DNA of 64,000 nucleotides, from the NCBI RefSeq assembly GCF_031769215.1, contig NW_026782542.1, positions 434,001-498,000 on the forward strand. The letters are read 5' to 3'. The position numbers and the translations under genes are program-made. The notes beneath the pieces were generated by a model, which saw only the letters and a program-made list of their open reading frames with translations, did no database searches and was not told the origin of the DNA. Origin of the DNA: Ylistrum balloti (Eukaryota). Below are positions 27,436-39,360 of the stretch, in pieces. Within the stretch, counting starts at the first letter, position 1; every line of letters begins with the position of its first letter.

Positions 27436-30400
27436 CTATAAAATGCAATTCAAACATAATTTAAAGACACGCTGACTCTGACAAAGACAATTACTGCAAG
27501 CCACAACTGATCAAATGTGTGTTGGAAACAAAAAAAAAAAAAACCCTACTTTTCATAAAAGCATTTTCAGACATACAGAATTATCATAATTATTATATTA
27601 TTATATACTATAATTTGTAAGAAAGCATTTGAAAAACTCAACATTTAACAATATATGAAAGTAGCAATTTCATCATTTAATCTACTGGGTTTCATAACAC
27701 TAGCTCTGACATGTATTGTCAAATAATTGAGTTCATATTCGCAGATAAGAAACCACATCAAGCTATAACATTTTTGCATTAATCAGGTTTGGTTCATGCG
27801 TTTTACTGAAATATGAAACTTCTGCAGTAAAAGGCAAAACTAAACAAACGTATTGTCGTTTGTTGGCCTTCCCAGTTGTCCGATTTATAATGTTATGATG
27901 TTAGCTGATGTACAGCAGCCGCCGTCTTCATTTGATTCTGATGACTCTGTGCTGAATGTTGTATTCTATAATATCCAATTAAACATGCCGTTAGACAATA
28001 TTAACCTCTATAAATTTCTAATCATTTTCCTTATTTTTTATTTACGACATGTCGAGACGTCATTTCGCGACTAAAAAGGAATTGGTCAACAAAAAATCAA
28101 ATCGTATTTTTCGACTAAACAGGTTTTTTTTAATTAACTGAAAACATCGGAACATCGCTCGATTTTAAAATCAGCGAATTATTGATCTGTGACCATCTCA
28201 TCGAACAATATAGATCGTAATTTGAAAACAATACTGAAGGATTTCCTGTTTTGTTGGTTTCCTGTGTTCAGAAGACATACAGACGCCGGTGCTTAATACG
28301 AAGAACAAACATACATTGATAACATCTCTCTCACGATTGCAATATAAATTAGTATGTTTAATAATTATTTATCTATTGTAGGTTTATGTAGGATCCTGGT
28401 AGATCTTGTAATCAACGACGTCGAGACGACAACTTCTTTCGTGACAGTGCTCTCATTATGCTAGTCAAATGCGCAAATGTTTATTCAGTTAGCAGAAGAC
28501 AGTTGCTGAGTACAGTGCTTTGATCACAGATCTGTTTGCCCGTTAAACTAGCGGAGATGACGACTGTTAGTTAGAAAATTCATTGATTAGCTATGGTTTA
28601 TTCGTTATTTATGTGATACAGTCAAGTGATCCCACAGTCTGAACTCTAGGCCAAGATACCGTGGGACTTGAGAGTTCTTTGTGATCATTATTCTGCGAAA
28701 TTTACACATTTCTTTTTTAAACTAATTAACACGCAAAAAAATTTTTTTTTCTGTTCAAAAACCATAAAGAGTGCTGTTATAGTTGAAAGCTGGCGATCTC
28801 TGCACTATTTTTCTCCATGTGGGTTAGGTAGAGATGTAAACAGGGAAATGAATATTTCATAACCTTTCATTTACGACATAAGCTTTCTTTTAATATTTGC
28901 GAATGATATGAATGTCACATGTGAGTTGTAACATAAAAAGCACAAGGATATTCCTAAATCCGGCTGGTGATCTCGAGATATCTGAAACTATCATGTTTTG
29001 TCGGCAAATATGAGTGTCTATGACTGTTATTACAACACAACATTATACCTATTTCTTATTATTTATTTGCTTGAAAAACCTCTTCTGATGTCGTAATGTG
29101 ATCTACTGTAGTTTAATGCTTGACATTTCCTCAACGATAAAGATAAGCCTGTTGACGATATGGGTACCAGTTTATATATATACTGTATATCTGTTTGGGG
29201 AGAAATATGTTGTAGAGTGAGATATCATGTAAACGTCATTTAGAGTTGACATACAAAGTCATAACGAAGTTCGTTGTGATAAATTCCCGGGTAGACTTTG
29301 CAATTACCTCAGTCAAAAAACTTCTTCAAGTTTGATTTGGTGACATATAAAGACTGCATCTAACAGTAGTTTTGTCCGTGCAGGACACAAAAAATGATAC
29401 ATTTAATTTTATATCATGCGTTGGTTCGGTCCTACTGAATGTACATCCTATTGACAAATTGAGATCAATTAAAAGTTTATTGTAGTAATGTTTTTGTGTA
29501 GTCGTGTCTCAATCCCATTGGTTTCCTGTTTATTCCTTGCTATTTTACTATCATGAGAAGCAATTTATTTATGGTTAACGTTAAAACAAACATTACTAAA
29601 ATACTTATATAAATTTTGTAAATTAATGCTAGACAAAACAGGAAACCTATAACTAAGAGTTGTCAGAAAACGAATTATCAGCAATTTATCACCGCTGGTA
29701 GTATGTCAAAACTACTTTTTGTTGTCATCTGAATAATACAAGCCTTGTGATCGCCTGTCGTGATACCTTGAATATGGTTCTGATACAGAAGGAGTGCTGT
29801 TTTATAAGATTTAAATTTTGGTCTTTGAACTTATTTATCTACCAGTAGGGAATATTTCGACCTTGAATAATATCGTATTTTCATATAAAAAATATTCTTC
29901 AGTTATACATAGATATATCATCAAACAGAAAATGTCAAAGTGTTGTGGCAGAATTCGAAACCGTATCGGGAACTGAACAAAACGTAGCCTGCTTGCAGGA
30001 CGGTGTTTATATCGACTTTGATCACTCAAACCTAATTTCGTTTAGACCACTTTTGACTGCGTGTCAGCAATTAGATTACCGAAAAATATTTTCCTGATAA
30101 GTAACCCACAGTGAATGTACCTGTAGTTGCCAGTTTTGTATCGATTGTATCGATTCATATTTAAGTGACCTGAAATCTGTTATACCTCACTGGCTAGGAG
30201 GTCGCTGCAATCAGTACTAAAAAATCACACGAAAACAGTACATGAAACTTGTCTGTGTTGCAAAGTTATCCTGTGCAAATTGTTGAAGTGGTCTAAACAA
30301 TTATACAATAAACATACCTAGAATACAGTTTTCGAAATGGGATGATGTAGTCTTGATAGCGAGGTGATCCTAATTAAAAAAAACAAATATGCGAAATATC

Positions 30401-31027
30401 CGTGTGTATGTGGCTTCTTTGTCGTTTTGCACAGCTCGTCGGCGTAGCATGCTAATAAAATCCATGTCTGAAAGAGGTCAATTCCTAGGTTTATCTACTT
30501 ATACCAATCTTTCTAATTACGTTGAACATTTATTTACCTTGCACATGCAAAAATAAGATAAAATTTATACTTATCTTGAAGAGTTCTTTGATAAAAGGAC
30601 CTGCTTAATTACCTGCTTCGCATACCTCGACGGTGCAGGTTTCGTGCCGAGAGACAATTGTCGGTAACGAGGTAACTGCATTGTACATAGGACGCTATAG
30701 AAGTCAGCTTATCACGTGTTGTGAAATCAACAACTGACACTGCAGACCTGCAGCGACTAAAATGATTACGACGCAATTATTTCCGGATTTTAAATATCAT
30801 CAACAACACCGGCATTAATTTTTCTGACATTAACGGCACTAGCATCACGCAGATTATAAAGTAATGTTTACGAACTTATCATAACCAAAATACATCAAAG
30901 GATGGAATGACTTTGAAAATAATTTTCTCTCGGACCAAATAAAATACGTTTACCATATAAGCAGTAAACAAAATAATAATAATGAACACGTATCAATAAT
31001 ATCCGCGATATTCCAACATAAAACTAT

Positions 31028-31088
31028 GTCATAATGATTATCCTTCACGACCCGTCAACACATAAAAGGTCACTAGGGCCATCAAACT
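31028..31088 (-). mobile_element. extreme 3' tip of the I-group LINE
   Basis: CCCGTCAACACATAAAAGGTCACTAGGGCCATCAAAC is the reverse complement of the family's 3' UTR end. Confidence 0.8.
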
Positions 31089-31319
31089 TCATAACGAAAT
31101 ATTTATGTTGACACATATTTCCACTATATCAATCCAGTTCAAATCATAAACCATCTTATTCTTAATCAGAGGACAAAGACACCCAAGCCACTGTCACCTT
31201 GTCCAGCCATAAAGGTACATCATGTATGATAAATGGAATGGATTGACATTTGGTGGTCAAACATGTTAAAGTGGTTGTTATCAGAAGTACAGCCTTACCC
31301 TCAGTCACATTCATCTTTT

Positions 31320-32057
31320 TACCACACGCGCTTCTACCTCGCTCTTGAATATATTCAAAGAAACAAGGTAATGAAATCTGTTATCCATTCAGACTCTATT
31401 TCTGTTCTACAAAGTCTTAGCAATAGAAATATTGAAAATATTTTCATTCGTAATACATTAATACTATTTCATGAACTTGCCTTTAACTTTCGTATTGCTT
31501 TTTGCTTGGTCCCTGGGCACATCGGAATACCAGGCAATGAAAAAGCAGATCGTGCGGCAAAGGAAGCTTTATCGCTACCACCTGTTGTTTTTAAACTTCA
31601 TTTTACCGATTTTGAACCATTTATTAAACAATTTTTAAAAGCTCAGTAGCAGGAGGAATGGAATACATATACCACCGAGACGAAGTTATCCTTGCTCGTC
31701 TTCGGATGGGTCATGCATACCTCACACATTCATAAACGCGAAGATAATACTTGGTGCATAGGATGTGATGAGCCTTTCACCGTTAAACATTTTTATTAGA
31801 ATCCAGTGACCTTCTGTCTACTCGAGGACGTTTTTATCGTATACATTACCTGAAAGATGTTGGTCTATATAATAGACTATGATGTACAATGTTTTGTGTT
31901 AACATACACATTTAAGATTTTAAACATTTGTCTTTTAACTTTTGGTTTGTTTAATGCTATTTCCTTTTGGATCGCTGTGTGGTTTACCGTTTGATGACCC
32001 TAATGACCTTTTATGTGTTGACGGGCCGTTAAGAATATAATGATAATAATAATAATT
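31320..32057 (+). mobile_element. I-group LINE 3' fragment with RNase H, internally deleted
   Basis: LALEYIQRNKVMKSVIHSDSISVLQSL...FCLVPGHIGIPGNEKADRAAKEALSLP is an RNase H signature, followed by the family 3' UTR and a (TAA)n tail. Confidence 0.93.
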
Positions 32058-32109
32058 CATCTTTTTTAAAATTTTGCTACAAACAGTGATCTGAAAAAAA
32101 TCTGAGCCA

Positions 32110-32375
32110 CATTACATTGCCGTTTCGTGTATTGGATCACAAGTTTCGAAAGGCAGATTGTGCCGCAAAGAAGTTTTTTTCGCTACCACCTGTTGTTTTT
32201 CAAATTCATTTTACTGATTTTAAACCATTTATCTAACAATTTGAATAGCTCAGTGGCAGGAGTATTGGAATACCTATACCAATAACAAATTGCACTCCGT
32301 AAAACCTATCACCGGTGAATGGTCGCAATGCTATAGAGACAACCATTGATACGAAGTTGTCCTCGCCCGAGAGAG
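32110..32375 (+). mobile_element. second internal fragment of the same LINE, just downstream
   Basis: GCAGATTGTGCCGCAAAGAAG...CGCTACCACCTGTTGTTTTTCAAATTCATTTTACTGATTTTAAACCATTTAT duplicates 31545-31690 and retains a segment deleted there. Confidence 0.85.
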
Positions 32376-32489
32376 AACTACCTAAAGGTACGACGTTACT
32401 GGGATGGCACGAAGACAAGGTAATTGTATAAGGGAATTGAACTTACAACATAGACGTTTCAAGTATGTATGCTGATGGAGAGTATGTGG

Positions 32490-32690
32490 AGGTTTTACGG
32501 TCGCCACCATGATATCAAAATATTTCCTTTCCTTGTACGATGTTCGACATGTTTGATGCTCGTTAGTATTTCTGATGACTCCGTTGTTCTCGTTTGAGAA
32601 TACGAAATTACTCTAAAATACCATATTTACAGGGCGCGAATCGACGAAGCACAAGACGCATACCCTTATGGAATACGTTGTCTTAGTTTT
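32490..32690 (+). mobile_element. Naiad-like element 3' end (last RT codons plus conserved motif at 32626-32680)
   Basis: AGGTTTTACGGTCGCCACCATGAT (RFYGRHHD) matches the RT C-terminus at ~24900. It is followed by TTTGATGCTC...TCCGTTGTT and a diverged motif copy ending AAGCACAAGACGCATACCCTTATGGAATAC. Confidence 0.7.
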
Positions 32691-35600
32691 TTGTACCTCT
32701 TCCAGGTATACATCTTGTTTCGTCTATTTTATGTTACAGTAATTATTAAGTAGAATTATATCGCTGTTTGTGACAAATTGCTTCTTTTACATTTCTGTAG
32801 AAATATCTGAATCCGGAAACAAGATAATAGTACTTCATCGTTCGGGGAAAATCAATTGATTTTAGTCATATAATCTGGTCAAGGTCAATTGCTTGTTCTG
32901 TAGTTTGGTAAATTCTTGAAAGTTCAAGTATCCAAAAGATGTCTCGTTCTTGATTGGAAGTTTGACACAAGCGAGGTTAAGCACTCTTAATGCCAAATCA
33001 TGATGTTTGCTTTATCATTTTTTAACAGCATTCCATTACGTTTTCACTTCGTTATCAACGAAGCCTTAAAAGATGTCTTTATCGCTTAGTGATTCTGATC
33101 TTGATTGTTGGTGTTTTTCTGTTCCTGCCGTTATCATCAAATAAAACACATTTTGACCACATACAAGAATAATGCTTTTAAGCATTTTTTTCTCTCTTTT
33201 TTTCATTTAATTTGTTGTTTTTTATTTTAGGGATTTTTTGTATTTTTGTTCTTTAAATTGTTGTTTTTTTTTTTTTTTGTTTGCTTGTTTTGTTTGTCGT
33301 GTGTTTAGATGTTTGATACAAATTTGATTTTCTCACATACATGATTTTGAAAAGTTTCTTTTTATCTTACATCCTGATTACATGAATTCCAAAACACAAA
33401 ACTACAATTTTCGGAGACAGGTCCAGAAGTAGACTGAGTAGTAAAAAGAAGCATGAAATAACAGTAAAATAAATTCAAATAGTACGCGTGTACTCGCTGT
33501 GATAAAATTCATTTTTCACATTACCAATTTGACACTTTATGTGACATAGTTACAAACGATAAATTGGATATTTTTTATAATTAAATTTGTTGTTTCGTTT
33601 TTGTAATGTAGGAGCATACATAGAATACATATGATACTATGTAACCCAATATTTTTATCTACAAATGAAATATATATATTTATATTCTATACATATGTAT
33701 ACATGCATGTTGTATCCTAGACAAATAACTATTGTGTAATACGTTGATATAGAAGTTATATATGTATTATTTATATATTGTTGCTGTTATCTAAGTAATG
33801 CCATGTTGATCTGTGCAATATCAGTGTTCACTGCACTGCGAGGTGAAGAAGATATACAGTATCATAGTAATGGACAATGTTTTAACTTACGAAACTTAAT
33901 CATTTGCATTTATATTGTTCAATTTGTATTTTCTTTATTCGCCTTTCAATTTCTGTACACCCAAGAGAGCGTAACTTTTATATTCTTGAAAAGAGCTGCA
34001 TTTCATTAACACTATAACATATTTGTGTATCATGAATCACAGAAATAGAAATAAAGCACTTCAATAATGTCTCTCATTGACGTCATTCTTTTTATGACGT
34101 CACGCCCTGATGCATCTCTTAATTACATGTGTGTAACCTTAGTACAGCATTGACCATTGAATCATAGCACCACATACGCAGTAAACATTTTCTATCTAGG
34201 AGACAAAACAATCATCTGATCGTGTTATTTTCAAACGGAAACTGGACAAGTTTATAGGGGAGGCCATGTGGTATTAAGAACTTCCGTTTGACTTAATGAA
34301 ACTGACGCATTACAATATAACAGCTTTAAAATATCCAGATACAACATGCATACTGTGAGATGTGATTACATGGAGGCGAAACTAGAGTAAAACGTGACTT
34401 TGGTTTTGCACTTGTTCATGTTTGGTCACATTTGGATTATTGGCCTTTACGTAATATTGACCCTGGAACTACAATGTACTGTTAAAGTTTGAAATAATAT
34501 CACTGCAGAGCAAATAAGATAGTCGTTTTATTACCACTGTTTCAAATACCAGTATCAGCTATATCACGATCTCATCCTGTGATTTCAAGAAATATTTTAC
34601 CCAACAGACAGAAAACAAAATTCTAAATCATTCCGATAACGTCATCTAGCGGATGCTTCATACAGATTTTAGCCGGATTTTAAACCATTTCATGTGTATA
34701 TTATTGATGTAGTATGCTTTTTTCATTTCTACTTTACACACTTCCGATTTTAGGAACGGCAAACCAGCAGGGAATTTTGAAATAAGAGAAGGCTTGAAAA
34801 ATGCAGCATTCAGGGACTGTTGGAAATAAGATTTTGTTTCTAAATACCAAGTCTTGTCAGTTGGCATTCCGTCACAGAATACTATATTTGTTCACAAATA
34901 AAATATTTACGCAGAGGCGTTGAGAAACTAAACTCTCTCATACCTGTGCAGGGTGCTTGGCTAGTGTTGAAAAACCAATAGCCTACTTAGGCATTTATTT
35001 TGCATGGCATTATACAGAAATATGCAATAGTGAAGACCAGAGATTGTGCTCGAGCAATTACACTGATTTAAAAAAAAAACGGTTCAAATAAAGGAAAACA
35101 TATATACAAGACGTAACAGTGTGTAACCATTGTCAAGATTTAGTCAACATTTTAACATATTGTTTGTGTTTATAAGGCTAACACAAAATACTGATTAAGG
35201 TACACTGTGTAATTGTTCATAACAAAATTGTGTCATTCCGTCTGCAATGCTCCATTCTCCTTATTTCTAGCACTGTTTTACCTGCCTATCTTGGTAATTT
35301 TGGTTTTAGATAATAAACACTTAAGCGTGTTCCTTTCATATATCCTTCCATAGCCAACTCCATATTTTCAAGTCACTAAAGTTACTTAAACTATTTGAGA
35401 AATACAGGTATACAAAGGCATATAAAAAGGTCAATATTACAATAATTCAAACGAAAATACAAGAGAAAATAGGACAAAGCTAGGATTATGCCTTTAGCGA
35501 GCTGTATGGTGTTTAATTCATTATTTGGCTCTACTTTTTTAAAATCATAGTTTTGTCTTATTATTTGCCAGTCATTTAAGTGTTCTTTGTACACCTGTAA

Positions 35601-37361
35601 AATACCTCGTCGAATAAACCAACATTTTTTGCTTCTTTATTCTAAACTAGTTTGGATGACATCGTGTAGGTCAATCAAACTCAGTTAAAAGTTTGCATTG
35701 CTTCGGTGAACTTGTCATTGAATTCAAACACACTAGAGATCTCAGGCCAACATCGGCTCTTGACAATGCCAGTTCTTAAGCTGTTTGTACGCAATGTAAA
35801 TAGTCATGTTATATAATGCAACAAACGGTGACTTTGTACATCGTTATTCACGATTTGTACGTTAATTGCCAACAGTCAATTTTCGCGACTGTGCTTCGAT
35901 TGCAAAATTCGCAAAAGAAAATCGTTTTACATGTCAAAATGAACGCTCTTCTACTGCCTGCCAATTACATTGTATTTCCAATGGCTTTGTGCTGTTCAGT
36001 GTTAACGTGTTCGATAACACCTTTTCGAGTGACAGTACCGAAACCTTCGCAAATTATTTGTCCTTTTGCAAGAATTCATTGGAAGTCTGTATGGTATTTA
36101 AAAATTCGGGTTAACGATAACTTCTTTTAAAAATCGGGTCTGTACTAGAACTACACACTCACTACTGGCACGTGATAATTCTTTTTGAGAGATTGCAGAA
36201 AAGACGCAATAAACTTGGAATTTTTTATTGTTGTTTCCATGACATGTTTATCAGTCTTCTGACAGACGGTGAGATCCCGACATTTACCATAGCTGACGTA
36301 CTCTTACTCAAACAGGTCTTATATCGCATTAAGATGTCTACCCTCTAATTTTATCGATATAGAAATTAGAGTTAATTCACTGTAATCGAGCAACTCAGAA
36401 TTCAGTTAATTTAAATTATATTATCGCAATGCCTTAGATGTACTTTGTTTAATTAGCTGAAACCTTATTAACCAAGCCCTGTAATAGATGAGAATAAAGA
36501 ATTAAATCAACGAGTTATCCGTTACTCTTTAAAATATTTCTTTAGAAAATGCCTCAGTTGATAACCGTTCTACACCGTATATATTGCCAATAAGTGCCTG
36601 AGGCATACATAAGACACCATGCCGAACGATTTGAATTTTCAACAAATTGATCCTGACGTGTTGGATCAATTTGATTGTACATGCATCTTAATTGCATTCC
36701 ATAGTGCCTGCATTTCCAGAATACAAAATTCACATCTTGTTTATATGTAGGTATTAAGTGGTGAAATAAAGACATTTAGTTTAATTTTCAGGTTAAATAT
36801 GATATGTAAGACGGTAGTTTGGGAATCTGATGTGAGGCATCCTAAGTATGTACCGCATTTCATACCTATTGTCACTTGCGACATGTACATTGGAGAAAAA
36901 TATTTCTGTGATAATGGTGAATATTAGTAATTCATGACTGTTGTTAATACATACCCGCATACTTTTCTTTTAGCATTAAATAATTTCATAAGTAGTGTTA
37001 GATTGCCTCAGTATGTATTCGTAGTACTTTTCAATCAACTGACAAGTTCAAAATGATAGTTTTTTATGATAGAAATGATACCTTTTACAGGTTAGTTTAT
37101 GCGTTTGAGTGTCAATGTACAATGTTTGTTTGGCTACTAAAACATTTTTTTTATTTTTCGTGTTAATGTTTTATGTACTTATTCGTAACGTGAATCGATT
37201 TATAGTTCATTAAAGATTGTAGTAATTAAGAATAAGATTCTGCGCAGCAACACGATGAAGTAAGCTGCATCTCACAACAAATCTTCCAAATCGACCACGT
37301 TCCTCAGGTTGGTAATGTCAATATAATAGATGTTCTTATAGCACAACCAGTAGAAGATTAG

Positions 37362-37405
37362 AGTGTGACGTTTCGATGACTTCACGGTCACCTTCATCAG
37401 AAAAA
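37362..37405 (-). ncRNA. minimal type I hammerhead ribozyme motif (left arm)
   Basis: Minus strand TTTTT CTGATGA A GGTGAC CGTGAA GTCATC GAAAC GTC|ACAC: intact CUGAUGA and GAAA boxes, 6-bp stem II, palindromic ACGU stem III and a GUC cleavage triplet. Stem I is weakened. Confidence 0.7.
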
Positions 37406-37659
37406 TGACCAGTGTGAAGCGTACAAGCAGTGACGTACATAGTGTACGAGATGGTACGAAATCAACCAACATTTTCGGCTGCACTATGATCCTATGTACA
37501 CTAAGGTCGAAAATAGTGTGTCGAGATGGTAAACAGATTATAGACCTAAAAAGACACCAGATGGTCACTCCTTTCGACGTTAGTGTACATAGAATTAAAG
37601 TGCAGCCAAACAATTAGGTCGATTGCGTTCACTACGTACGTCAGTGCTTGTACTGGTCA

Positions 37660-37702
37660 TTTGTCTGATGAGGATGACCGTGTGGTCATTAAAACGTCAC
37701 AC
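37660..37702 (+). ncRNA. minimal type I hammerhead ribozyme motif (right arm, G12 to A)
   Basis: TTTGT CTGATGA G GATGACC GTGT GGTCATT AAAAC GTC|ACA: 7-bp stem II and TGT/ACA stem I, but the GAAA box reads AAAA. Confidence 0.6.
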
Positions 37703-38066
37703 TCTAATCATCTACTGGTTGTGTTGTAAGAACTTCTATTCCATCTTCAAAATCGATATTTTCTTTCGTTCAACTTCCTTGGTAAAACCAGTTTTTTCGT
37801 GTTCGTAGTGAGTGAGGACGTGTGGTATTATTATTTCACCCAATTATATCTTACCTGTTCAGAAATCCTACCATCCTAGATCAGAAAACGTCGCGGGTCT
37901 AACCTCTTCTGTCGAACTAACAGTTGATTACATATCTAGGATAATTTTATTGTGAGATAAGGAATTAAGCATTTTTGATGTTTAAAGTTTGCCAGGTGAT
38001 AGTGTTGCTGATTATCTTTTTCTCGTTTAGGAACTTGGAATTATCTACTTAGACTGGCCAAAATAG

Positions 38067-38200
38067 ACATGGTGGGTGTTGCCGATAAAGAAGAAGACGC
38101 TTACCCTTACTCAACACATAATTTTACTTTCCTCATATTTTTCTTGAAAGTGCCACACTCTATAATATTTTTCATTCATATTTTGTCATATATTCATCGA
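38067..38200 (+). mobile_element. Naiad-like 3' motif and downstream flank (solo copy)
   Basis: ACATGGTGGGTGTTGCCGATAAAGAAGAAGACGCTTACCCTTACTCAACAC plus a T-rich flank similar to 25093-25190. Confidence 0.7.
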
Positions 38201-38286
38201 GTTTGAGTTTGAATACAAACTCTGTTGATATATATATCGATATTTTCACTGTTGGTTTTGCTTTATGTATATCAAAATCTATACAG

Positions 38287-38582
38287 GTAGCTCGTCTGTC
38301 AAGGGAAAAAGAGAAAGTGTCTGTTGGCAATGTTATAGGTAAAGAACGAAAGGTGTATACGAGGAGAGAGATTATGGTGAGTTATCATTAATCTTAAGTA
38401 GCAGAATACCTCATTGTGTGTTACTGTTCTGTTGACATTCGATATTGTCATTGTTTATTTTGCTATATGTATGCTATCATCGCTTCAGGTTTGACTCCCT
38501 GTAAAGGAAAGAGAAAGAATGTGACCGGGGCGAGATAAAATGTGAAAGGGAAAAAAAGGTGTTTGAGAGGAAGGAGATTAAG
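38287..38582 (+). other. two paralogous mini-exon-like segments (38287-38376 and 38489-38582) from a ~200-bp tandem duplication
   Basis: tacag|90 nt|gtgagt, a 112-nt intron-like gap, then ttcag|94 nt|gtatgt. The first is open in phase 0 (VARLSREKEKVSVGNVIGKERKVYTRREIM). The two segments and their downstream intron starts are similar. Confidence 0.4.
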
Positions 38583-38624
38583 GTATGTGATCATCAATTT
38601 AATGTAATATCGAAAACTTCATTG

Positions 38625-39360
38625 TGTATCTCTCTCATTCAGTCAGGTCACGTTATCTCATCCATTCCCTCTATATTATTGCATCTCACTATCTCTCTAT
38701 ATTAGTCTCGCTATCACTGTCTTTGTCACTGCACCTCGCTATCTCTCTATATTAGTCTCGCTATCGCTCTCTCTTTGTCACCGCATCTCGCTGTCTCTCT
38801 AAATTAGCCTCGCTATCACTCTATCTTTGTCACTGTATCTCACTATCTCTCTAGATGTCTGTCTCTTGCTATCTCTCTATCACTGTCCCTCGCTGTTACT
38901 CTCTCTCTCTGTTGCTCTCTCGCTATCACTCTCTTTATATTACTGTTTTGCTGTGTCACTCTATAATACTGTCTCTCGCTATCACTTTCTGTCTATATTA
39001 CTGTCTTTTACTTGCTCTCTCTATCACTGTCCCTCGCTGTTACTCTCTCTCTCTCTCTCTGTTGCTCTCTCGCTATCACTCTCTTTATATTACTGTTTTG
39101 CTGTGTCACTCTATAATACTGTCTCTCGCTATCACCTTCTGTCTGTATTACTGTCTTTTGCTAGCTCTCTCTATCACTGTCCCTCGCTATTACTCTCTCT
39201 CTGTTGCTCTCTCGCTATCACTCTCTATATATTACTGTTTTGCTGTCACTCTATATTACTGTCTCTCGCTATCAATTTCTGTCTATATTACTGTCTTTTG
39301 CTAGCTCTCTTTATCACTGTCCCTCGCTATTACTCTCTCCTACTCTCTTGCGCTGTCAAT
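38625..39360. repeat. pyrimidine-rich compound repeat: ~52-bp units, then ~3.3 copies of a 140-150-bp unit built on CT/CTAT motifs
   Basis: CACTGTCCCTCGCT recurs at 38881, 39025, 39175 and 39315. The track ORFs here are low-complexity artefacts. Confidence 0.92.

Larger units (their letters stand above)
37325..37740. repeat. long inverted repeat (~190-bp arms at 37325-37518 and 37566-37740, ~47-bp spacer) built from Penelope-type terminal repeats
   Basis: The left arm AATAGATGTTCTTATAGCACAACCAGTAGAAGATTAGAGTGTGACGTTT... matches the reverse complement of the right arm, AATAGAAGTTCTTACAACACAACCAGTAGATGATTAGAGTGTGACGTTT..., continuing to TATGTACACTAA(G/C)GTCGAAA. Confidence 0.92.

Noticed and set aside
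32573-32610. CTGATGA...CGAAA as another hammerhead
   Set aside because: Extra unpaired bases precede stem II, there is no stem III or cleavage triplet, and the motif is not conserved in the homologous region at 24970-25035.
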